A stretch of DNA of 64,000 nucleotides from an uncultured Patescibacteria group bacterium (GCA_937921305.1 CAKZSU010000005.1:10740-74739), one strand, 5' to 3'; counted from the first letter of the stretch, positions 1-8,585 are shown. Notes: generated from the letters alone by a model not told the origin. Translations and numbers: made by a program.

Positions 1-2
1 TT

Positions 3-458
3 GTGGGAGACTATGTGAAACACTCCCGAGGCGAGAAAAACGGACGAAAAGTTTATTCCCTCTGGGATAGTTATGTGTATGCTGATATGGTTACCTATCC
101 AAGTTATTGGGAAGGATGGGGAAATCAATTTATCGAAGCGGTATTCGCGAAACTTCCGATTTTGTTGTTTGAATACCCTGTATATGTATCGGATCTTCGT
201 CAAGACGGGTTTAAGACTGTTTCACTTGGAGACACGCTTGACGGCAGGGATCATCGGGGGTTGGCGGTGGTGAAAGAAGAAACAATTCAGCGCGCCGCGG
301 AAGAAATTGTCGATATTCTTCTGTCTTTAGATCGCTACCGCGAGATGATCGAGCATAATTTCTCGATAGGAAAAGAAAAATACTCACTTACGACGCTTGA
401 ATCGATCATTCGCTCCTTGTTTGAGCGAATCATTGAAAAACGTGGCGATATCTACTAA
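3..458 (+). CDS. Glycosyltransferase (GT-B, GT4-like) C-terminal fragment; 5' end lies outside the window
   Basis: ORF is open to the window edge. EGWGNQFIEAVFAKLPILLFEYPVY resembles the conserved E-x7-E / G-x-P donor-binding region of GT4 enzymes. Stop TAA at 456-458. Confidence 0.45.
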   Translation: MGDYVKHSRGEKNGRKVYSLWDSYVYADMVTYPSYWEGWGNQFIEAVFAKLPILLFEYPVYVSDLRQDGFKTVSLGDTLDGRDHRGLAVVKEETIQRAAEEIVDILLSLDRYREMIEHNFSIGKEKYSLTTLESIIRSLFERIIEKRGDIY

Positions 459-467
459 AAAGAGGCT

Positions 468-1007
468 ATGATTCCAAACATTCCGTCGTATTATCTTTCA
501 GCAAAAAACGATAAACTCTCTCTTCTTGCGAATATAAATGGATATATTCAGTCGTTAGGATTTATTGTCGACACAGAGCATTCAGACTTTTCTCGTCCGT
601 GGGGAGCGTTCTGGAGGATTGATGAATTGCAGGCAAAAAAATTTATGGAGGTGTTTTTCCCTCATATAACGCTTCAAATTGGTGTTTCCGTGAGTCCAAA
701 ATTTTTATTGGTTGAACCACGAAAGCGATTGTCGTGGCAGTGGCATGAACGACGGCGGGAGGAGTGGTTGGTGCTTGGCGGACCGGTTGCTGTGATGCGA
801 AGCCAGACGGATAAGATGCCAGAACGCCCAGAGATCAAAGAAACAGGATCATATATATCGCTTCAGCAAGGAGAACGCCACCGATTGATTGGTTTGGATA
901 CCTATGGACTTGTCGCGGAGATTTGGGTTCACACGGACCCGTCTCATCCGTCTGACGAAGTGGACAATCACCGCGTGCAGGACGATTTTCAACGCGCTTC
1001 TTCCTGA
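468..1007 (+). CDS. Cupin-domain protein, mannose-6-phosphate isomerase type II-like (ManC C-terminal domain homolog)
   Basis: Cupin motif SWQWHERRREEWLVLGG plus C-terminal DEVDNHRVQDDFQR, resembling phosphomannose isomerase cupins. 179 aa, a stand-alone domain. Confidence 0.5.
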   Translation: MIPNIPSYYLSAKNDKLSLLANINGYIQSLGFIVDTEHSDFSRPWGAFWRIDELQAKKFMEVFFPHITLQIGVSVSPKFLLVEPRKRLSWQWHERRREEWLVLGGPVAVMRSQTDKMPERPEIKETGSYISLQQGERHRLIGLDTYGLVAEIWVHTDPSHPSDEVDNHRVQDDFQRASS

Positions 1008-1161
1008 GGTTTTTCCGTGACCCTCGACGCGGTTGTTAGATGAAAATAATATCTGTCAGTTGTTGCGGTTTGTCTTTCTTCTGGATTTTCTTTATAAGAA
1101 AACACAACCTCCGCTTGTTTTAATATGCAACGGAACCTCGGTTCTCGATGACGTGCTCCTT

Positions 1162-1350
1162 CTACATTTCTACAGCAAATGTTCCTTGCACACGATGAAT
1201 CATCACATCGTTCCCGTGATATGTTGCCGGCATAGGGATTGCATGATCGATTTGATACGGTTTTCCTGTGTACAGGATTGTTGCTACGCTTTCATCAGGA
1301 TTCAAGAACATGATATGTTCCGACGCGTGCAATTCTTCTGGATCAATCAT
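1162..1350 (-). CDS. Hypothetical small acidic protein (62 aa) downstream of rplA
   Basis: ATG at 1350. Composition is protein-like; the overlapping +-strand ORF 1033-1359 is Cys-rich and looks random. No recognisable motif. Confidence 0.25.
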   Translation of the reverse strand: MIDPEELHASEHIMFLNPDESVATILYTGKPYQIDHAIPMPATYHGNDVMIHRVQGTFAVEM

Positions 1351-1382
1351 AGGGGATAATATGAATCATAGGGGATAATATG
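1345..1382. repeat. Perfect 19-bp tandem duplication (AATCATAGGGGATAATATG x2) carrying an SD-like AGGGGA plus ATG
   Basis: Read directly: aatcataggggataatatg | aatcataggggataatatg. It lies between the rplA 3' end and the 62-aa ORF. On the + strand each unit is AGGGGA-N4-ATG. Confidence 0.8.
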
Positions 1383-1433
1383 AATGGTTCGGTTTCTTTT
1401 TCCATAGAGATATGCTCACTTTCTGTGAAAAAA

Positions 1434-2261
1434 CTATACGGTGGAAAGGTTGAGTTTGATCCCCGGTCCCATGGTGGAGGAGAGGGTGACTTTGGCAATC
1501 CGTTGTTTTCCAACTGCGTGGATAAATGCTTTGATATTCTCCATCAACTGTTCTTCAGAAAACGACACTTTTCCAATGCCGAAGTGGATAATGGGGTTGT
1601 TGGGTTCGGTTTTGAAATGAAGTTCTCCTTGTGAAAGTTCTTGCGCGCGTTTTTCCGGTTCTGGGTGCACCGTGCCGTTTTTTGGATTTGGCATAAGTCC
1701 TTTTGGTCCAAGCATACGGGCAAACTTCGCGAGTTTTGGAATCATAGATGGGTGGGCGACAAGGATGTCAAATGTAATCTTCCCTTCTTCAAGATCTTTA
1801 ATTATCGCATCGTTGGCAATTGCTATGCGGATCGTTTTCCCCGTTCCATGAGGCAGGACGACGACTCCGCGATAATCTGGTTTTCCTCCCAATGCTTGAA
1901 GAGAAAGGTTGACATGAATTTCGACAGTGCCGTCAAATCGAGTGATGCTTGTCTTCTTAAGCAACGAGACAACCTCTTTAAGAGAGTAATATGTTGATCT
2001 TTGAACGAGATTTGCAACTTCCTGATAACGTTTGGATCGCTGGCGTTGTTTTGTTTTTGTTTGTTGCTCTGGTGAGCGTTCTTCTTTTTTTACTTGATCT
2101 GTTTTTTGTTGTTCGTCTTGTGGTTGTTTTTGCTGGAGCTCTTGCGATTCTTTCTTTTTTGCTTTTTTTTCGCGTTTCGCTTCGCGGCGAGCTTCCGCTT
2201 TTTTTCGTTGTTCTTGTTCGAGGTGTTCATCGCCAAGTGTGGCGACACGAATTTTTCCCAT
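1434..2261 (-). CDS. rplA: 50S ribosomal protein L1 with a ~75-aa K/E/Q-rich N-terminal extension
   Basis: Core aligns with L1 (VVLPHGTGK, MLGPKGLMPNPK, TTMGPGIKL). ATG at 2261 sits 3 nt after the rplK stop. No alternative in-frame start lies inside the low-complexity extension. Confidence 0.9.
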   Translation of the reverse strand: MGKIRVATLGDEHLEQEQRKKAEARREAKREKKAKKKESQELQQKQPQDEQQKTDQVKKEERSPEQQTKTKQRQRSKRYQEVANLVQRSTYYSLKEVVSLLKKTSITRFDGTVEIHVNLSLQALGGKPDYRGVVVLPHGTGKTIRIAIANDAIIKDLEEGKITFDILVAHPSMIPKLAKFARMLGPKGLMPNPKNGTVHPEPEKRAQELSQGELHFKTEPNNPIIHFGIGKVSFSEEQLMENIKAFIHAVGKQRIAKVTLSSTMGPGIKLNLSTV

Positions 2262-2264
2262 AGG

Positions 2265-2690
2265 TTACTCCACGATAACTCCCATTGATCGGGCTGTGCC
2301 CTCAACGATTTTCATCGCTTGCTCAATGGAATCTGTATTCAGATCCGGCAATTTTTCTTTCGCGATTTGCTCAACTTGCGCTTTGGTTAGCTTTCCAGCT
2401 TGTTCTCTTCCAGCTTTTCCGCTTCCTTTTGGAATGCCAAGCGTTTTCATAATCATTGCAGAGACGGGAGGAAGTTTGGTGATAAAGGTAAATGTTCTAT
2501 CTTCATAGACGGTGATAACAGCGGGAATGATTTGTCCTTTGAGTTTTTGCGTCCTGTCATTATACGCTTTAATGAATTCCATAATGGGGACGCCGTGTTG
2601 TCCGAGTGCTGGACCGACAGGAGGAGCTGGCGTTGCCGCTCCGGCGGGAAGATTGAGTTTGATAATCGTTTTTACTTTTTTTGTTGCCAT
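2265..2690 (-). CDS. rplK: 50S ribosomal protein L11
   Basis: Conserved [22 protein letters not shown] and the L11 C-terminal domain. Confidence 0.95.
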   Translation of the reverse strand: MATKKVKTIIKLNLPAGAATPAPPVGPALGQHGVPIMEFIKAYNDRTQKLKGQIIPAVITVYEDRTFTFITKLPPVSAMIMKTLGIPKGSGKAGREQAGKLTKAQVEQIAKEKLPDLNTDSIEQAMKIVEGTARSMGVIVE

Positions 2691-2755
2691 AGACGAAACA
2701 GTGTTGTTTCTCCCTCAATACTGTTAGTAATATCGAGGTTCTTCGTTATTTTACT

Positions 2756-3310
2756 TTAAAGCTTTGTCACTTGCAAGAAATCGAGCTCTACTGGCGTTTC
2801 TCTGCCAAAAATAGACACAAGAACTTTGAGTTTTCCTTTTGTCTCGTCGATAGAATTAATTGATCCAAGAAAATCTGCAAATGGTCCATCGATGATTTTT
2901 ACCGCTTCTCCCACAGAGAAAGAGGTTTTATGCTTCGGCGCTTCAATCTCCATGAACTTCAAAATGGTTTGCACTTCTTTTTTAGAAATTGGGGTGGGTT
3001 TGCTCCCCGATCCTACGAACGCGGTAACACCTTGCGTCGTTCGGACCGCAAGCCACGTTTCATCGTCTAATATCATTTTGACGAGGATATAACCGGGAAA
3101 AATCCGTTCTTTTTCTTCCGCTTTTTTTCCATGTTTGACAGTAACAATATTTCTCGTCGGCACAATGATATCGAAGATTCTGTCTTGAAGGCGCATGCTT
3201 TCGATTCGCTGCTTGAGCGTGGTTGCCACTTTATTTTCATGACCAGAGTAGGTATGAACAACATACCACCTTGCGTGTTCCGATGGTTGAGTTTGTTGTT
3301 GTGTATCCAT
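2756..3310 (-). CDS. nusG: Transcription termination/antitermination factor NusG
   Basis: WYVVHTYSGHENKV NGN domain and C-terminal KOW (VGEAVKIIDGPFADFLG). Canonical position between secE and rplK. Confidence 0.9.
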   Translation of the reverse strand: MDTQQQTQPSEHARWYVVHTYSGHENKVATTLKQRIESMRLQDRIFDIIVPTRNIVTVKHGKKAEEKERIFPGYILVKMILDDETWLAVRTTQGVTAFVGSGSKPTPISKKEVQTILKFMEIEAPKHKTSFSVGEAVKIIDGPFADFLGSINSIDETKGKLKVLVSIFGRETPVELDFLQVTKL

Positions 3311-3315
3311 AGGTA

Positions 3316-3510
3316 TTATTGAAATAATAGTTTTGAGAGTTGTACTAATAGTATATCAAGTCCTCCGATAAACAGACCAATGGTTGTTGAAACGAGGAGA
3401 ACAATCATCGTGAGTTTGATCGTTTCTTGTCTGGTGGGCCATGTGACTTTCTTTAACTCGGCGATGACCTCTCGAATAAACTGGACAGGCGATAACGAGA
3501 CTCGTTTCAT
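3316..3510 (-). CDS. secE: Preprotein translocase subunit SecE
   Basis: 64 aa with a single C-terminal TM. FIREVIAELKKVTWPTR is the SecE signature. Immediately upstream of nusG. Confidence 0.8.
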   Translation of the reverse strand: MKRVSLSPVQFIREVIAELKKVTWPTRQETIKLTMIVLLVSTTIGLFIGGLDILLVQLSKLLFQ

Positions 3511-3582
3511 ACAAGAAAACCCCTGTCGGGGTATGTCAATAGTACCAAAAAGTATAGCAAAAAGTCAAAACATTGCCTAGAG

Positions 3583-3834
3583 GTGAAAATATTCTTGCGT
3601 TTTTTAAGAAAACCTATAAAATTGAGATCTATGAGCGCAGAGCATGGGCATGGACACGGAAGCGATGAAGAATATCGTGTCGTTTCCTCTATGAGGGAGC
3701 GATTCAAAGTAATGGCTGATGTGGTAGGAAAATCATTTAAGTTTCTGGCTGGAGCGTTGTTAAGCATTCTTTCTTTTGGTGCACTTCATTCATTTGAAGA
3801 TAGTGAAGATAGCCACGGGGGAATGCATCATTGA
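3583..3834 (+). CDS. Hypothetical small histidine-rich protein (GTG start at 3583; alternative ATG at 3631 gives 67 aa)
   Basis: AEHGHGHGSDEEY and C-terminal DSEDSHGGMHH flank a hydrophobic segment. No SD sequence. Confidence 0.3.
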   Translation: MKIFLRFLRKPIKLRSMSAEHGHGHGSDEEYRVVSSMRERFKVMADVVGKSFKFLAGALLSILSFGALHSFEDSEDSHGGMHH

Positions 3835-3871
3835 ATTTAAATTAAATTTATAGTACAGATTTTTTTATTAT

Positions 3872-4315
3872 TTACTCCTTTATTTGCATCTGACATTCTT
3901 GTGATTGTCCTTCGCTTAAAAAGTCATACCAAAATCGTACACCATTTGGAAAGTTTGGATTATTTTTAAATGTTGAGCATTGATCATTGCTATCTAGTTC
4001 TTCTCCAGAATATCGACACATAAATCCAGTAAAGTTTGGCGCTCTGTTTACGTAACTTGATAAACATCCGACTTGAGAAAGACTTGTCTCTGGATCAGCA
4101 GAACATGATGGCATTTGTCGTGCTGTATGTCGTTCATAAATACATCCCATGCCGTAGGATCCTTGGGCTCCGCATGCTGCAGACTCTTCAATGTAAAGCG
4201 TTAGGGCAAACGTTGGATTGATGCCTTCGCGTATCGAACGATTTTGAATTTCTCTCCATAAATTTTCAAGATTTCTTGTTCCTATTTCTTGATATGATGG
4301 ATAATATCGCCTCAT
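3872..4315 (-). CDS. C-terminal segment (147 aa) in the same frame as the upstream 649-aa ORF. Cysteine-rich, with a possible glycoside-hydrolase-like EES motif
   Basis: Codon phase is identical to ORF 4409-6358. The 31 codons between them (4316-4408) contain no stop and are preceded by a single TAA. Contains YIEESAACGAQGSYGMG. Confidence 0.4.
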   Translation of the reverse strand: MRRYYPSYQEIGTRNLENLWREIQNRSIREGINPTFALTLYIEESAACGAQGSYGMGCIYERHTARQMPSCSADPETSLSQVGCLSSYVNRAPNFTGFMCRYSGEELDSNDQCSTFKNNPNFPNGVRFWYDFLSEGQSQECQMQIKE

Positions 4316-4408
4316 AAGATCGATTGCTCGATTGATCGTATCTTGATTGACAACACACGATGTATCTCTAAATGGTATTACATATCCAAGAGATCCTGGA
4401 TCTGAAGT

Positions 4409-6358
4409 TTAACGCCGTCGATTATGAGGGGGAATATTTTGAGGAGGTTGATTAATTACGTCGTTGTTGCATAGTTCTCTGTAGATTTTTGTATTTTTCG
4501 ATAATACAGAGCATGCTTGAAATTGATGAGTTGCATTAACAAAATTCGTTGGATAAAATGCTTGATTAATTTTTACATTTTCTCCGCTTGAATTTGGCGT
4601 TTGTTTTATGTTGAAGACATTCTCGCTTTCTCCAGATTTTGGAAGTTGTTCGAGAATGTTGATTTTTGCTTGAGGAAGGAACGCGTATGTTGCTGTTTTT
4701 GTATTGTTATAAAGATCTTCATCGTTGCTGATTTTTGTGCATGAAGCAACTTCACCTGGTACTGAAAATATTTTTCCGATGGCTTCTTGAATAAAATTCG
4801 AAATAGATAATAATATGTTTGTATTTCCGTCTCCTGAAAATGAATTTTTATTTTCCGGGTTTGCTTTTTTATTTTCTGTTTTTATTGTTTGAGATCCGGA
4901 ATTTGGCACTGGTATTCGATCTGCCAGTCTATTGACTGGTTTTGTTAGATCAATTCCTTCAGTGGTATTCTGGTCTGTTTTATTCTTTGATGAGAGGCTT
5001 CCTAAGAGTTTGTTATAATCGTCTTGTTCTCTACATTCTTTACAGTCTTGATCGTTCCAGAGTGTATCTTCGGACAATGCCATTTGTTGACCTCCTGAGA
5101 CATTTATCGAGACAAGCGTTTCGCCTTGATCGTTAGTGTCGACATTTTTTTCGATATTTACTTTATCTCCTTTTACTAAAAGACTTGATCGAACAGTTAT
5201 TTCTGTGTTGTTTTGATTTAAGGTGATGATTTTTTCTTTTGAGTTATCGATTGTTGGTTTCTGTTCATTCTTTTTTTGAATCTTGAACAATCCAGGAAGC
5301 ATCGCGCGAGCAACGCGTTGTAAGTGTTTTTGATCTTGTATTGCTACTCTATGTTCATTTTCTCCTGGTTCTAAATGTAAAAGATTTATAGATGTATTTT
5401 GGCTATTTGATAGCCTATTTGATAAAGACAAATCAGTGGGCTTATTTATCCCTTCAGCCGGGCATTGGACATAACATGTTTCCTGAGCTTTTTTCGTTCC
5501 AGAACAAATATCTTTTCCTACCCATGTTTTTGGATCATTATTTGGGTCTGAAAAATCGATATTTTGAAACCATCCACATAGCCCAACGCCTTTGCAATAA
5601 ATGAACACTTCTCCGGCTCCAGCGCCGCTTTCATTGCGAAGCACAAGAATATCTCCGCTAAACGATCCGCATTTCGCGTTTCCATTAAATACAAGTTGTT
5701 TTGTTCCGCTGACATTCCCTGTATGGGGCGCTTGACAAGGAGTAACATTGTCGGGAAGAAGACGAAGATTTTCCTCTTCGCTTTCAATGTATTCAAAACC
5801 AGCATTTGTTCCTTCTGATGCAAAACTAAAATTTGGGTCGCAACGAAGCGATTTTGGCGCCCAAAGCATTCCTTGTTTCCCATTAATTCGTTGAAATGCA
5901 GGTTTTCCATTCGTGCATGTTGTAGCATTTGCCCATGTTGTATCTTGGATAAAATAGATTGCATTTCCTCGAACTTCATAAAGGAGACTTTTTTGATTTG
6001 ATGTTTGAATGACATATCTTCCTGATTTATAGTTTCTGCTATCAACGATATGCCATTCAAATCCTTCTCCTATTGCTGTTCCATCTGCAATATAGCATGT
6101 GTTTCTATCGGTTATATCTTTGCATGGTACAATGTAGGAGAATGTATCATTTGGATTGTATCCTGGAGCGCAATATGGTATCGGCCTTGCGTTTCCAGTT
6201 CCTCCTCCTGGTTTTATGCATTCGCCCACTCGTTTGGGAATATATGATGACGATAAGGGTTCAACAAGTTTTGCGATAACAATGCCATTGAAAGGATGAA
6301 AGAGGCTAACAAGTAGGAGACTTGCTGCTATTGTGAAAGCGATAATTTTGCGATTCAT
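4409..6358 (-). CDS. Large cysteine-rich secreted or surface protein (649 aa before an in-frame TAA) with an N-terminal signal/anchor
   Basis: N-terminus MNRKIIAFTIAASLLLVSLF is a hydrophobic signal/anchor. Many Cys and N-x-S/T sites. No known catalytic motif recognised. Confidence 0.6.
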   Translation of the reverse strand: MNRKIIAFTIAASLLLVSLFHPFNGIVIAKLVEPLSSSYIPKRVGECIKPGGGTGNARPIPYCAPGYNPNDTFSYIVPCKDITDRNTCYIADGTAIGEGFEWHIVDSRNYKSGRYVIQTSNQKSLLYEVRGNAIYFIQDTTWANATTCTNGKPAFQRINGKQGMLWAPKSLRCDPNFSFASEGTNAGFEYIESEEENLRLLPDNVTPCQAPHTGNVSGTKQLVFNGNAKCGSFSGDILVLRNESGAGAGEVFIYCKGVGLCGWFQNIDFSDPNNDPKTWVGKDICSGTKKAQETCYVQCPAEGINKPTDLSLSNRLSNSQNTSINLLHLEPGENEHRVAIQDQKHLQRVARAMLPGLFKIQKKNEQKPTIDNSKEKIITLNQNNTEITVRSSLLVKGDKVNIEKNVDTNDQGETLVSINVSGGQQMALSEDTLWNDQDCKECREQDDYNKLLGSLSSKNKTDQNTTEGIDLTKPVNRLADRIPVPNSGSQTIKTENKKANPENKNSFSGDGNTNILLSISNFIQEAIGKIFSVPGEVASCTKISNDEDLYNNTKTATYAFLPQAKINILEQLPKSGESENVFNIKQTPNSSGENVKINQAFYPTNFVNATHQFQACSVLSKNTKIYRELCNNDVINQPPQNIPPHNRRR

Positions 6359-6388
6359 GCAGCATAATCATACCAAAAAGATCTATTG

Positions 6389-6419
6389 ATTGACAAACAT
6401 TTCAAAGTTTTTTTACAAT
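6389..6419 (+). promoter_or_regulatory. Sigma70-like promoter for galU (TTGACA -35 and TACAAT -10), implying a leaderless or near-leaderless transcript
   Basis: TTGACA at 6389-6394 and TACAAT at 6414-6419. The ATG is at 6427. The 19-bp spacer is longer than ideal. Confidence 0.3.
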
Positions 6420-6426
6420 CTTTCCC

Positions 6427-7332
6427 ATGATGCCCATGATGAAAAAAATTCGAAAAGCGGTTATCCCTGCGGCAGGTTTTGGTACACGTTTTCTCCCACA
6501 AACAAAAGCAATGCCGAAAGAAATGCTTCCGATTGTCGATAAACCTGTTATTCAATATGTTGTGGAAGAATTAATTGAGGCTGGTATTGAAGATATTATT
6601 ATTGTTACTGGTTATCATAAACGGACCATTGAAGATCATTTTGATCGCCCTTCAATGGAGTTAATTGAAAATCTTCGAATGGGGGGCCCGAAAAAAATTC
6701 CCTTGTTGCAAGCGATTGAGCGAATTTCAGACATGGCGAATTTTGTGTATGTCCGCCAGAAAGGTCCATACGGAAATGGGACGCCATTATTGAATGTGCG
6801 AAAAGTTATCGGAGATGAGCCGTTTATTTACACATGGAGCGATGACTTTATTCAAGCAAAACCTAAGTCGCGTTTTCGGCAGTTATTAGAGGTATATGAA
6901 GAATTTGAGTGTTCTATTCTCGCAAGTATTCGAGCAACTCGAGATGAAGATTATGATCGATATGGATTTGCTGGTGGGAAAGAAATTCGAACAGGCCTTA
7001 TTGATGTTGATGTGATTGTTGAAAAGCCCGGAAAACAACATGCTCCATCAAATTTAGCAAATGTCTCAGGATTTATTTTTACGCCCGATATCTTTGATTA
7101 CCTTGATCAAGCGCTTGCAAATCTTAGAGAAGGAGAAGAATTGTATTATAATAACGCGTTAAAACTTATGCTAGATGATGGAAAGCGCGTTTTAGCGTGT
7201 GAAATTCAGAATGGAAAATATTATGATACAGGGAATAAATTAGAGTACTTAAAAACTGTTGTTGAGTTTGCGTTGGAGCATAAGGAATTGAATGGCGAAT
7301 TTCGAACATATCTTAAAAGTCTTTCGATTTGA
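6427..7332 (+). CDS. galU: UTP--glucose-1-phosphate uridylyltransferase
   Basis: AVIPAAGFGTRFLPQTKAMPKEMLPIVDKPVIQYVVEE is the classic GalU N-terminus. Stop TGA at 7330-7332. Confidence 0.9.
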   Translation: MMPMMKKIRKAVIPAAGFGTRFLPQTKAMPKEMLPIVDKPVIQYVVEELIEAGIEDIIIVTGYHKRTIEDHFDRPSMELIENLRMGGPKKIPLLQAIERISDMANFVYVRQKGPYGNGTPLLNVRKVIGDEPFIYTWSDDFIQAKPKSRFRQLLEVYEEFECSILASIRATRDEDYDRYGFAGGKEIRTGLIDVDVIVEKPGKQHAPSNLANVSGFIFTPDIFDYLDQALANLREGEELYYNNALKLMLDDGKRVLACEIQNGKYYDTGNKLEYLKTVVEFALEHKELNGEFRTYLKSLSI

Positions 7333-7405
7333 TCAACAATGACTTCACATATCAAAAAAAACTGTTCGTTTTGTTCATTCTATCAATCACTATATTATTC
7401 ACTTC

Positions 7406-7854
7406 ATGCTGGGGATTGCATGGTTTCTTTTTTTGCGGGAGATTCGTGAGGATATCTATCCGCAGTATTTAATTCTTTCACTGATCGGTTCTATAGCGCC
7501 TGATATTGAACATATTGCGTATATCTACATTCATGGAAAACATGCTGAATATAGCGAACAAGTTCGAGAGTTTATAAAAAGAGACAGTGGGGATCTATGA
7601 TTTCTTTTCTGAAGAATAATCATAAATATCTCACCTCATTACGATTCCATTCTTTGCAGTGGATGGTTGTTCTTTTCCTCTTTGCATTTATAAGGTATCA
7701 TGTTGATTCTGTTTTTTCTCTTGTTCTTTTTGGTTGAATGATTATTCATTATGCGTATGATATGGTAGATGATATGATTATATTGGGAAGATTAAATCCA
7801 AACTGGAAACGAGGTTTTATACGAATGAAAGCAATAATAAAATCAAACCTATGA
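7406..7854 (+). other. Chain of three short ORFs (64, 46 and 38 aa) joined by ATGA or TGA-ATG junctions and running into the VIT transporter start. Either coupled small ORFs or a decayed gene
   Basis: Junctions read directly: 7597-7600 ATGA; 7735-7740 TGAATG, with ORF2 and ORF3 in the same frame; 7851-7854 ATGA into the VIT ORF. Confidence 0.25.
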
Positions 7855-8585
7855 CTTTTCTCTCTCATCATCTCCAAGAGAAACACAATATCTCTGCGTT
7901 TTCTATCTATCTTCGAGAGATTGTGTATGGCGGTACCGATGGGATCATTACGACATTTGCGGTTGTCGCTGGGTTTGCTGGCGCAGAGACAACAATGTCT
8001 GGTGCTATTCCCGTGATTGCTGTTTTATTGTTTGGTTTTGCAAATCTCTTCGCTGATGGGTTTTCTATGGCATTGGGGAGTTTTTTAGCGGCGCGATCGG
8101 AGCAAGATGTCTATCGACGAGAGAAGCAAAAAGAAGCCTTTGAAATTAAGCATAATCCTGAATCTGAGAAAGAAGAGTCCATAGAGATTTTAGTGAATAA
8201 GGGCTTTACGAAGGAACAAGCGAAGACACTTGTTGATATTTACGCAACGAATCCATCGTATTGGTTGGAATTTATGATGAAGGATGAGTTGTCGTTGTCA
8301 AATCCAGAAGGAGAAAAGCCTCATATCATATCGCTTTCTACATTTTTATCCTTTGTTGGTTTTGGATTTCTCCCGTTAATTCCATATATTTTTTTTCGAG
8401 AGCAGGAATCGCTGTTTTTTGTGTCTATTTTAACCGCTGGACTCGCATTGTTGCTCCTTGGCGTTTTTCGTTATTATGTGACAAGACAATCGCTCATTCG
8501 ATCTGTTGGAGAATCATTGTTTTTGGGTGGCATCGCGGCATTTGTCGCGTTTATGGTCGGAAGACTATTTCACATTGCCGGATAA
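7851..8585 (+). CDS. VIT1/CCC1-family iron/manganese transporter
   Basis: GGTDGIITTFAVVAGFAGA signature and five predicted TMs. Confidence 0.8.
   Translation: MTFLSHHLQEKHNISAFSIYLREIVYGGTDGIITTFAVVAGFAGAETTMSGAIPVIAVLLFGFANLFADGFSMALGSFLAARSEQDVYRREKQKEAFEIKHNPESEKEESIEILVNKGFTKEQAKTLVDIYATNPSYWLEFMMKDELSLSNPEGEKPHIISLSTFLSFVGFGFLPLIPYIFFREQESLFFVSILTAGLALLLLGVFRYYVTRQSLIRSVGESLFLGGIAAFVAFMVGRLFHIAG

Noticed and set aside
1380-1634. 84-aa + strand ORF (MNGSVSF...) with a strong SD-like AGGGGA
   Set aside because: It is almost entirely antisense to the conserved 3' end of rplA. It most likely exists only because the duplicated SD+ATG cassette opens a frame.
2090-2305. Lys-rich 71-aa ORF and Phe/Leu-rich ORFs (1991-2288) overlapping rplA
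   Set aside because: They are antisense or alternate-frame artefacts of the low-complexity K/E-rich L1 extension.
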